Below, one piece after another: positions 49,091-57,870 of a stretch of 64,000 bases of DNA. The position numbers and the translations under genes are program-made. Under the pieces are notes generated by a model. It had not been told where the DNA came from, ran no database searches, and worked only from the letters and a program-made list of their open reading frames with translations. Position 1 is the stretch's first letter. Every line of letters starts with the position of its first letter. The stretch covers positions 192,001 through 256,000 of the forward strand of contig CBDFJF010000001.1 of assembly GCA_965248265.1 (NCBI GenBank). Direction: 5' to 3'. This DNA is from Candidatus Latescibacterota bacterium (GTDB taxonomy: Bacteria; Latescibacterota; UBA2968; UBA8231).

Positions 49091-51015
49091 CTGACAGACT
49101 TTCGCGCGTCTTCGACGAAGCGCTTGATGCGGGGGCCAAGGGCTTTGATCAAGGCCGTCAACTCGTCCTTGTTCAGCAATGGCTGTTCGAGGAATCCCGC
49201 TGGTAAGAACCCGCTGACCGTGTGTAGGGCATCCTCTTCGACGGCAGCGGCGACCGGGAAGGCTGAATCCTTGGGAAAAGGGTGCAGCACCTGGCCGAAC
49301 ACATCGGCGATGCCAACCAGGAAGGTCAGGGAATCATCAATGCTGGGCTGGTGGTGTGACAGCACCACGTTCCCCAGTTGCTCCCCCAAACCCCACTTGC
49401 GGATCAGGATTTCGCCGGTCACTGTGTGGGTCAGTCCCCCCGCCACCTCCTGTTCGGCATGCAGCATCGATGTCGCCCACTGCTGGGATCGCAGTTCATC
49501 CAACAACAATGGGAACAGGCCGGGGTAGGAGTTCACCATCACCCCTTTGCCGATGTCGTGCATGGTGCCGGCCACGAAGGCACCGGCCTGCGTTGGGTCG
49601 AGCCTCAATCGCTTGGCAAAATTGATCTGTTTGAGAAGATCCATCGTCGGGCTGTCCAGCCCGAGGGTCGCCAGTTCCGAGGTACCTCCCTCTTCGTCGT
49701 CGCCACTCTCAACCGGCAGCGATAGAACGTGCGCAGCAAAGCCTACGCTGAGATTGTGTAACCAGAACTCCTGAAGATCGAATCCCACTTCCTGAATGGA
49801 GGTAAACGTCTTGCGCATGGCTTCGCTGGCCACCAGTCCGGCCACCGTCTTCTTGCCCAGCAGGACCACAGCACGGTCGACTTCGTTCACTTCGACGGTT
49901 AGTCCCAGCGAGGCCGAGTTCGCATGCTTGAGCAAGGTCGCACTCGTCATCGGATCGAGCTTTATGACCTCTATCCATTCCTTGAGATCGCTTTTTGGAT
50001 CTCTGGACAGGGCTGAAATCTTCTCGAACACCTGCGGCAACGACGGCAGCGTCGCCATGGTCTCGACGTCCTCGACGATGCGGCCACGCACAGCCTGGGG
50101 ACTGACTGCATCGGCTTCAGCCTTCACCTTGCGCTTGGAGACACTGGTCAGATGGGCGGCGAGAAACTCTTCGAGTTTGCCGACCAGGGCGGAGCGGCGG
50201 ACGACTTTCAGACCGATTTTCTTCAGCCCCTCCCGGTGCGCCGGCGGGATCTGATTGTTGTCTTCCAGGATGAGGTAGATCGGCAGTGTGGCACCCTTGT
50301 TGATGTGCATCATCCGCGCAATAACGACCGGGTTTCCGTGGCATTTGGACGAGATCAACAGCGCCTTCAACCAGACCTTGGAGGTTTCCTTCTTCAGGAA
50401 CAGGACGATGTTGGTGGTCTGGCTTTCGACCATGTAGCCGGCATTCAGTCCAACCTGAGACTGGTTGCACTTCTGTAATCCCTGCCAACCCCTAGCCAGG
50501 TACTGGGCGACAGCGTTGTTGGGAGGTGCCATCAGCTCTTCGAGTGAGTTGATCGCTTCGCCAAACAGGATGTGTGGGCTGGTAATGTTGTCCTTGTAGG
50601 TGGAGCGCCCCTCCCACAGCTGGGTGAGTTGATCCTTGAGCACAACTCGCTGGTGGGAGCGATGAACCTCGAAGATCTTCTTCTTCAGCTGGTCCGCCTG
50701 GAATGGCTTGGCCAGAAAGCCGTTGACCCCAGCCTGCGACGCGGCCAGGATGTCTTCCTTACCCGCCTTGCCCGACACCACCACGATGGGCAGGATCTTG
50801 AACTGCTCCGCTTCCCGCACTTCGCTGACCAGCTCGATGGTCTCGGATTCCGACAATGGCAAGTCTGCGATGAGCATGTCGAAGGAGGACTCGTAGAGAG
50901 CAGTCCGGGCACGGTCGCAATCCGGCGCCACTACCGCATCCAAGCTCCACTTGCCGAGCAGCTTGACCAGCGCGTCGCCGATTTTCGGCTCTTTTTCTAT
51001 CAGCAGGATGTTCAT
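49087..51015 (-). CDS. Response regulator receiver + HDOD domain protein
   Basis: N-terminal REC (LIADL, FLAKPF); LPSLPQV, FWLHN, MHDIGK, THTVTG, SHHQP. Confidence 0.88.
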   Translation of the reverse strand: MNILLIEKEPKIGDALVKLLGKWSLDAVVAPDCDRARTALYESSFDMLIADLPLSESETIELVSEVREAEQFKILPIVVVSGKAGKEDILAASQAGVNGFLAKPFQADQLKKKIFEVHRSHQRVVLKDQLTQLWEGRSTYKDNITSPHILFGEAINSLEELMAPPNNAVAQYLARGWQGLQKCNQSQVGLNAGYMVESQTTNIVLFLKKETSKVWLKALLISSKCHGNPVVIARMMHINKGATLPIYLILEDNNQIPPAHREGLKKIGLKVVRRSALVGKLEEFLAAHLTSVSKRKVKAEADAVSPQAVRGRIVEDVETMATLPSLPQVFEKISALSRDPKSDLKEWIEVIKLDPMTSATLLKHANSASLGLTVEVNEVDRAVVLLGKKTVAGLVASEAMRKTFTSIQEVGFDLQEFWLHNLSVGFAAHVLSLPVESGDDEEGGTSELATLGLDSPTMDLLKQINFAKRLRLDPTQAGAFVAGTMHDIGKGVMVNSYPGLFPLLLDELRSQQWATSMLHAEQEVAGGLTHTVTGEILIRKWGLGEQLGNVVLSHHQPSIDDSLTFLVGIADVFGQVLHPFPKDSAFPVAAAVEEDALHTVSGFLPAGFLEQPLLNKDELTALIKALGPRIKRFVEDARKSVS

Positions 51016-51052
51016 CGCGGATGTTGGCGGAATGCGGAAGTCGATTCGGGTG

Positions 51053-51862
51053 CTACGTTTCCTGTTTGCCGACAGCGCCGGTGATCAGTGCTTCCGCCCG
51101 TTTGGGGCTGACAAGATTCAAGCCGAGCAGGGCCTTGAGCTTCCAGGGGATGATCAAGTCGCGCTGCCGGTTTTGCATGGCCTTGGCGATGGCGGCACAG
51201 GCGTCTTCGACAGAGACTGACTCCTTGCTGTGCTTGCGCGACGACTCACCCAGGGCATCGCCGTCGGCGCCAAAGGCCCGTTTGCGCAAATCGGTTCCCC
51301 GCAGCCAATGGGGCAGGACGGTCAACACGTCCACGCCGCTGTCGACAAGCTCCATTCTCAGAGCCTCACAGAAGCCCTGCAGAGCATGTTTCGAGGCAAC
51401 ATACCCAGTGTGGCGGGGTACCCCGATTTTACTCTGGATGGAGGTAATCGCCACGATCATGCCCCCGCTGGCCTTTAGATGGGGCAACGCATAATAGATG
51501 CAGTTCACGGCGCCGAGGTAATTGACCTCCATCAGTTTGCGGAAGATGCCTAGATCCTCGACATCCTCGAACGAGGCCCACATGCTGATCCCGGCATTGG
51601 CTATCACATAATCGACGCGGCCGTACTGGGCCACCGTCTTGTCGATCAACCCCTTGCAGTCCATCTCATCAGTCACATCGCCGATCACGGCCTGCGCCTG
51701 ACCCCCGAGAGAACGACAGCTCTCCGCCACCTCCTTCTGCCTGTCCTCTTCCGGCGAAAACAACGTCAGGTTGGATCCAGCGGTGGCGAACTCCTGCGCC
51801 AGTGCGGCGCCGAGCCCGGATGAGGCTCCCGTGATGATGACGGATTTGCCCTCGTGACCCAT
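51053..51862 (-). CDS. SDR oxidoreductase, DHRS7B-like
   Basis: TGASSGLG, NAGIS, MEVNYLG, SIQSK, YVASKHALQGF. Confidence 0.88.
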   Translation of the reverse strand: MGHEGKSVIITGASSGLGAALAQEFATAGSNLTLFSPEEDRQKEVAESCRSLGGQAQAVIGDVTDEMDCKGLIDKTVAQYGRVDYVIANAGISMWASFEDVEDLGIFRKLMEVNYLGAVNCIYYALPHLKASGGMIVAITSIQSKIGVPRHTGYVASKHALQGFCEALRMELVDSGVDVLTVLPHWLRGTDLRKRAFGADGDALGESSRKHSKESVSVEDACAAIAKAMQNRQRDLIIPWKLKALLGLNLVSPKRAEALITGAVGKQET

Positions 51863-53709
51863 CAGCTCGCATCCGAGTCGCCGGCGAAGACGCCGTTGCC
51901 GATACCGAATACGTTCTGCGGATCCATCGCCTTTTTCGTCTGCCGCATCACGGCGATCGCGTTCTCGGATTGCACCTGGGGCAGGAAGCCGTGCCGCAAT
52001 TTACCGACTCCGTGGTGGTGGGAAAGAGAGCCACCGTTGTCGAGGATGACCTGTCGCAGGGCACGCTCAATGTCGTGGTAAACATCGTGAGGGTGATCCA
52101 GCCCTTTGGCGGAAAACCCCAGCGTGAAGTAGATGCACACCCCGCTGTGGTAAGTCTGGGTCACCCGATACGCCAGGTACGGCATGCCGGCGATACCCGC
52201 CTCCTGCGTTCGCTTGCTGAGTTCCTCCTGCACAGCGGCAGTGACGACATGTATGCGATCCCACGGAACAGAGGTCTCGAAACTCTCTCCCATGATCTGA
52301 AACTGGTTGAAGAAATCCCGGATGTAGGCGATCCCGAAGGTGAGGGTGTAACCGCGCTTGCCGTTGCTGGCACCGGCGCTCAACGCTCCGTGTTTCTTCG
52401 CGAGTCTGAAAATCACCTCGCGTTGGTGATCGACCTCACCCTTGGTACCCTCCATCACGATCGTCGAGGCCACCATCTCGAATGGCTTGAAACGCTTGAT
52501 GTGCAGGACGACGAACTTCTGCACCTTGTCCATGATGCTCTTGAAGAACGACGGGGCCGGCTTGAGTGCCTGGCCGAAGCGAAACTCGAAATTGTTTACC
52601 AGGCGGATGCTCGCCGGCAGCCCACCTTCCTGCCGAAGGTCCCGCAGAAACTGTACTCCGACTTCGAACCGGGGGAACACCAGCGCTCCGTATTCACGAA
52701 CGTCGGGAAGTGGATGGATCTTGATTGTCGCCCTGGTGATGATACCGAAGTTGCCCTCACTGCCGAACAGGAACACCCGCGGCTGAATGCCGACCGAGTT
52801 GCGTGGTGTCGCGTGACGGGTTTCGATCTCTCCCGTCGGGGTCACCAGGGTGGCTTCGAGGACGATGTCTTCGATGTTACCGTAGCGGTTCTTCTTCATG
52901 CCGCTGGCATTGGTGGCGATCCAGCCTCCCAGGGTCGACAACTCGACGCTGTCGGGATCATGGCCGGAGGTGAAACCGTGCTTGCCGAGTGACCGCTCCA
53001 GTTCCTTGCCCGAAATCCCGGCTTCGACGCAAGCTACCTGATTGGCTTCGTCGAGAGAGACAATGTGGTTCATTCGCCGCATGTCGACGGAAACGATCGT
53101 TCGCTGCTCGGACGCGGGGAGGGTCAAGGCTCCGCTGACGTTGGTGCCGCCGCCGTAGGGCACCAGGCACATGTCGCTGTCGTTGGCCAGTTCCACCAGG
53201 CGACTCACGTCCTCGTCCCTCTGCGGATAAACCACCACATCAACCAGCCGGCGCAGCGGACCTATGTACAGGAGGCGATAGACCTCGTCAACGCTGACTT
53301 GGCCATGGCTGTGAACCAGGCGATCCTTGTCGTCGACGGAGATTTGATCCGCTGCCAGAACCTTGCCCAGGGCGGCGCGAAGTCCCTCATCCAGTTTCGA
53401 AGGAGCGATCTTCTTGTCGGCGATTTCCGGAACGACATCTTCCTGTCGAATCGGCAGCCCCAGTACTTCCTCGGCGAACGGTATGAAATTGGGCATGCTG
53501 TACCCGGAAAGCGGGTAGCGACTGCCCGTGACCTTGACGCTTCGGGGGCCGTCGAACTCGAAAACCGTGTCGGTGTACCCCCAACGGTGATTCTGCCGCT
53601 CGCCATCCGACTGGTCGTAATAGACATCCAGCGTGTCCTGATCGCCCTGCTTAGCCACCAGGAAGAGGACGACTATGACAGCCAGTGCGGCGGGAATCAA
53701 GAATTCCAT
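51862..53709 (-). CDS. Alkyldihydroxyacetonephosphate synthase (AGPS)-like FAD oxidoreductase with N-terminal TM anchor
   Basis: WGY, PYGGGTNVS, GHDPDSVELSTLGGWIATNASGMKKNRYGNIED, GSEGNFGII, ESFETS, RVTQTY, GSLSHHHGVGK. Confidence 0.88.
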   Translation of the reverse strand: MEFLIPAALAVIVVLFLVAKQGDQDTLDVYYDQSDGERQNHRWGYTDTVFEFDGPRSVKVTGSRYPLSGYSMPNFIPFAEEVLGLPIRQEDVVPEIADKKIAPSKLDEGLRAALGKVLAADQISVDDKDRLVHSHGQVSVDEVYRLLYIGPLRRLVDVVVYPQRDEDVSRLVELANDSDMCLVPYGGGTNVSGALTLPASEQRTIVSVDMRRMNHIVSLDEANQVACVEAGISGKELERSLGKHGFTSGHDPDSVELSTLGGWIATNASGMKKNRYGNIEDIVLEATLVTPTGEIETRHATPRNSVGIQPRVFLFGSEGNFGIITRATIKIHPLPDVREYGALVFPRFEVGVQFLRDLRQEGGLPASIRLVNNFEFRFGQALKPAPSFFKSIMDKVQKFVVLHIKRFKPFEMVASTIVMEGTKGEVDHQREVIFRLAKKHGALSAGASNGKRGYTLTFGIAYIRDFFNQFQIMGESFETSVPWDRIHVVTAAVQEELSKRTQEAGIAGMPYLAYRVTQTYHSGVCIYFTLGFSAKGLDHPHDVYHDIERALRQVILDNGGSLSHHHGVGKLRHGFLPQVQSENAIAVMRQTKKAMDPQNVFGIGNGVFAGDSDAS

Positions 53710-53851
53710 AAGCAAACTCTGAGCGCAACACGAGGTGAGCCAGCATTTCACGGGACCCGGGTGTACTTCTCAATAGTTTAAGGATCAGACAGAAGTACGC
53801 CAAGCGGGAATCGGTCTTTGCGGTTGTTTTTACGTCGGTTACGTCAGCTAC

Positions 53852-54625
53852 TTACAACGGCCATACACTTCCCGCCATGATCCCACCGTCGACGTAGATC
53901 ACCTCGCCGGTCACAAAATCAGAGGCCGGAGCGGCCAGAAAAACAGCGGTACCCACCATATCCTCAGGTGTACCCGGCCTCCGTGCAGGCGTTCGATCGA
54001 TGCACCATTCGCGGAAATCTGCCTGTTCCCACATGTGGGCGTTGATGTCGGTCATGATGAAACCCGGTGCCAGTGCGTTCACCTGGATATTGTGTGGCGC
54101 CAACTCAACGGCCAATCCCTTGGTCATCTGCCCAAGCGCCCCCTTGCTGGTGGCGTAGGCCGAAATCTTGGGCAGCCCCATACCGGTCGCAAGAGAGGCC
54201 ACATTGATAATCTTGCCTCCACCCCCCTCTACCATCGACCCGCGCACTTCCTTACACAGGAAGTACGGCCCCTTGCTGTTCGTGTTCATGATGAGGTCGT
54301 AGCTCGATTCTTCCACCTCCTCCAGCGGCTGGCGAACCGTGGTCGCGGCGACGTTCACAAGGATGTTGATGGGGCCCAGTCCCGCAGTAACCTGTCCGAC
54401 CGCGGCTGGGATGGCATCCATCCGGGAGACATCCAGAGGAACAGCCAACCCACGCACGCCCGTTTCCGCGATCTGCGCCACGACGGCGTCTATGTCACTC
54501 GCGGTCCGTGCCCCCACCGCCACATCCGCCCCGGCCTCGGCCAAGCCCAGAGCGATCGCCTTGCCGATGCCACGACTGCCGCCGCTCACGAACGCGGTCT
54601 TGCCGGATAGATCGAAGAGCTTCAT
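53852..54625 (-). CDS. SDR oxidoreductase (gluconate 5-dehydrogenase/KduD-like)
   Basis: SGGSRGIG, YATSKG, VNALAPG, VDGG. Confidence 0.88.
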   Translation of the reverse strand: MKLFDLSGKTAFVSGGSRGIGKAIALGLAEAGADVAVGARTASDIDAVVAQIAETGVRGLAVPLDVSRMDAIPAAVGQVTAGLGPINILVNVAATTVRQPLEEVEESSYDLIMNTNSKGPYFLCKEVRGSMVEGGGGKIINVASLATGMGLPKISAYATSKGALGQMTKGLAVELAPHNIQVNALAPGFIMTDINAHMWEQADFREWCIDRTPARRPGTPEDMVGTAVFLAAPASDFVTGEVIYVDGGIMAGSVWPL

Positions 54626-54635
54626 ACCGTGTTTC

Positions 54636-55094
54636 CTATTCGTAAATCCCCAGGAGCTCGATTTCGAAAATCAGTACCGAACAGGGCGGGATCGTCGGGG
54701 TGTCGTCATCCCCGTACGCCAGTCGAGGCGGGATCGTCAGCTTCGCCATGCCCCCGCCCTGAAGCATCTGGAGTCCTTCGGTCCAGCCAGCGATCACCCC
54801 TGAAAGCGGGAAGGAGGAAGGGCGCCCGCGTTCAATGGAGCTGTCAAAGACGCGGCCCTCGGCGAAGCGGCCCTCGTAATGGACCTGCACCCGGTTGTGT
54901 GGTTCCGGCTTGGGACCGTACCCCTGTTTCAGTTCGAGAAACACCAGTCCTGATTCCGTGCGAATCGCTCCCTCCTCCTCCGCGGCGGCGGCCAGCACCG
55001 CCTCGTTCGCCGCGGTGGCGCAGGGATCCTCGCAAGCGACCAGGAGGTGGCCGAGCGCGATCCAAGCCATGGCCTGGCTAGAACTTTGGAGCAA
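54636..55094 (-). CDS. FKBP-type peptidyl-prolyl isomerase
   Basis: VHYEG, FDSS, VIAGWTEGLQ, IPPRLAYG, LIFEIEL; start uncertain. Confidence 0.9.
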   Translation of the reverse strand: MLQSSSQAMAWIALGHLLVACEDPCATAANEAVLAAAAEEEGAIRTESGLVFLELKQGYGPKPEPHNRVQVHYEGRFAEGRVFDSSIERGRPSSFPLSGVIAGWTEGLQMLQGGGMAKLTIPPRLAYGDDDTPTIPPCSVLIFEIELLGIYE

Positions 55095-56715
55095 CGGCCT
55101 CTTCCTTCACCATCACTTCGATGAGCGCGGGACGCCCCTCGTCGTTGGCAGCCATGCCGCGTTGGAAGGCGGCGACCAACTCGTCCGGCGACTCTATGCG
55201 CTCGGCGTACGCGCCCAGAGCCTCTCCCAGCTTGGCGTATTCTCCTCCAAGCTTGTTGGCGTCGTGATGCTCGGCGATGTAGGGCAGGTAGGAACTGTAT
55301 TCCGTCATCACCCCGTTGTTGAGGACGACGGTCATGATCGGAATGGATGCCCTGACAGCGGTCTCGATGTCGAGACCGGCCATGCCGAAGGCGGCATCTC
55401 CCATGACATTGACGACCGTCTTTTCCGGTGCGGCCAGCTTGGCTCCGATAGCGAGTCCCAGACCGTAACCAAGCTGGGTTGATTTTCCCCAACCGATATA
55501 ACCGCGCGGCTTGTTGCATTCCCAGAACGGGACCATCTGATTTCGCGGGTAGCCCGAATCATGGGTGATGATGGTGTTATCGACGTCCACCGCCTTGGCG
55601 AGTTCGGTGATCACTCGGTACGGATTGATGGGAATCTCATCCGAATGCAGTCGAGGGTCCCACTCCTCAAGGAACGCGCTTTTGACGCTGGCGACTTCGG
55701 CCACTACGCCAGCCGTATCGGACCGGCCCTCGGCGCTTGTCTGTCGTTTCACTTCTTCGATCATCTGTCGCAGCACGATCTTGGCATCCCCCAGGGCACC
55801 GCAGTTGATGCGATGATCCTTGCCGATCTCCTCACCGCAATTGGTCACCAGACCCAGAGTCACGCCTGGAGGAATCGGCGCTGTAAAGTTGGTCTTGGAA
55901 AACCCGGTGCCGATGCCGAGGACAAGATCGGCCTTGTTCAAGAAATGGCTGATCATAGGCGGGCCGGTGTTGCCGGCGGCACCCAGGGCCAGCGCGTGGC
56001 TTTCTGGAAAACCGCTCTTGCCGCACAGCGACGTCATCACGGGAATCTTCGTCAGCTCGGCGAACTCCACCAGCTCCTCCGTCGCCTCCGCCCACATCAC
56101 ACCGTGGCCGGCGCAGATCACTGGACAGGAGGCGGACATCAGATCCTCGACCAGGTTGCGCACATCGTCGTCGTCAGCCGCCGAGCGGTAAGTCTTGACC
56201 GGGGTGTAGGCAACGTCGGCGGCGGGATACTCCTCATTGCCTAGATCATTCGGGACTTCGAGGATTACGGGCCCCGGCCTGCCGTGGCGCAGCTGACTGA
56301 AGGCCATGTGCATGAATTCGGGGATGCGGTCTACCAGGTTGATCTCTCCCGCCCATTTGGTCACTCCCCGGTAATTCGGCGTAGACTGAAAATTCGGATG
56401 GGTCTGGGCGCGGTCGCGAGACTGCCCCCCCGGCAGCAACAGCACCGGAATCGAGTCGGCGTATGCCTGGGCGACACCACCAAAGGCATTCTCCGCTCCC
56501 GCACCGTACTGCATCACGAACACGCCGATGTTCTTCCCGTTGGTGGTTCGGCTGAAGCCGTCCGCTATGTTGACGCCGGCCCGCTCCTGACGGCAGATGA
56601 TCGGCCTGATGCCCTCCTTCGCCGCCTCGTCCAGCAGCGCGTTCATCGGGAAGGCCGCCAGCCACTCCACCCCCTCCGCCTTGAGGATCTTCGCGATTGC
56701 CCTGTTGCCATTCAC
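55078..56715 (-). CDS. Thiamine pyrophosphate-binding protein (acetolactate synthase-like)
   Basis: RQERAG..ADG, GRPGPV, MGDAAFGM, VLNN. Confidence 0.9.
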   Translation of the reverse strand: MNGNRAIAKILKAEGVEWLAAFPMNALLDEAAKEGIRPIICRQERAGVNIADGFSRTTNGKNIGVFVMQYGAGAENAFGGVAQAYADSIPVLLLPGGQSRDRAQTHPNFQSTPNYRGVTKWAGEINLVDRIPEFMHMAFSQLRHGRPGPVILEVPNDLGNEEYPAADVAYTPVKTYRSAADDDDVRNLVEDLMSASCPVICAGHGVMWAEATEELVEFAELTKIPVMTSLCGKSGFPESHALALGAAGNTGPPMISHFLNKADLVLGIGTGFSKTNFTAPIPPGVTLGLVTNCGEEIGKDHRINCGALGDAKIVLRQMIEEVKRQTSAEGRSDTAGVVAEVASVKSAFLEEWDPRLHSDEIPINPYRVITELAKAVDVDNTIITHDSGYPRNQMVPFWECNKPRGYIGWGKSTQLGYGLGLAIGAKLAAPEKTVVNVMGDAAFGMAGLDIETAVRASIPIMTVVLNNGVMTEYSSYLPYIAEHHDANKLGGEYAKLGEALGAYAERIESPDELVAAFQRGMAANDEGRPALIEVMVKEEAVAPKF

Positions 56716-56886
56716 GATGGCTCTCTCCAGCTGTTAGTGGTGATGGTCCGCATGGCAGCAGAATACTATCTCAGGGCCGCGCCCACCAGTGCTCGGCCTC
56801 TTGCCATCGGATCCCAACAGTGTGCCTTTCCCTCTGCCTGATCCAGCGAACTTGCCAAACTGGCCTGCGGACCTAGTTTTTGTGGT

Positions 56887-57870
56887 ATGCCAGACAATCC
56901 AGTCATATCCGCCGACCAACTGCGTCAATTCGAGCAGGAAGGTTATCTGCTCGTCAAAGGCCTGTTGGATCCGGCAGAGGATCTCGAACCGGTAATCGCC
57001 GAATACGCCGAAGTCCTCGATCAGCTGGCTGGAGAACTGTTCGCGGACGGCGTTATCAGTTCGACCTACGGCGACCTGCCCTTCGGCGAACGTCTGATCG
57101 CGGTGGTCAGCGACAGCGGCCAGGTCCATCAGCAGTATTTTGATTTCTCTCTGCCGCAGAACGGGGTCGAGGCTGATACCCCGTTCTGGGCTGGTCCCGC
57201 TGTCTTCCGTATGCTGCGGAACGAACGGTTGCTGGATGCCGCCGAGTGCTTCGTCGGTCCCGAGATTTACTCCAACCCGGTTCAACACGTGCGGCTCAAG
57301 TCACCCGAGCACGTCAACCCGGTCAACGAAGCTACCGGAACGGTAAAGGATGGCGTAACCCCGTGGCATCAGGATACGGGTGTGGTGTTGCCTGAAGCTG
57401 ATGAGACGAACATGCTGACGGTGTGGTTTCCACTGACCGATGCGACACTCCATCACGGCTGCCTGCAAATCGTCCCGGGCAGCCACCACGGGGGTTTGGT
57501 GCGGCACTGTCCCGGGAGGCCCCATGGTCTCGAAATCCCAGAGAACGTCCACGACAGGGCGGGGGCCATCCCGATGCCGATGGAGCGTGGCGACGTCCTC
57601 TTCCTGACCCGTCTCACCATTCATTCATCACTGCCGAATATCAGCGACGAGGTGCGCTGGAGCTTCGATCTGCGCTACCACCCGATCGGACAACCCACCG
57701 GCCGCAGCATGTTCCCCGGCTTCATTGCGCGCAGCCGATCGAATCCCGCAAGCGAACTGCATGACGCGGTGGAATGGGAGCGCATGTGGCGCGACGCCAG
57801 AGACCACCTCGCCCAGATCGACAAAACCCCGTTCAACCGCTGGGCTGCCGGTCACCCAGCCTGCGCCTGA
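56887..57870 (+). CDS. Phytanoyl-CoA dioxygenase (PhyH) family protein
   Basis: PWHQD, GCLQIVPGSH, HSSLPN, RWSFDLRY. Confidence 0.9.
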   Translation: MPDNPVISADQLRQFEQEGYLLVKGLLDPAEDLEPVIAEYAEVLDQLAGELFADGVISSTYGDLPFGERLIAVVSDSGQVHQQYFDFSLPQNGVEADTPFWAGPAVFRMLRNERLLDAAECFVGPEIYSNPVQHVRLKSPEHVNPVNEATGTVKDGVTPWHQDTGVVLPEADETNMLTVWFPLTDATLHHGCLQIVPGSHHGGLVRHCPGRPHGLEIPENVHDRAGAIPMPMERGDVLFLTRLTIHSSLPNISDEVRWSFDLRYHPIGQPTGRSMFPGFIARSRSNPASELHDAVEWERMWRDARDHLAQIDKTPFNRWAAGHPACA

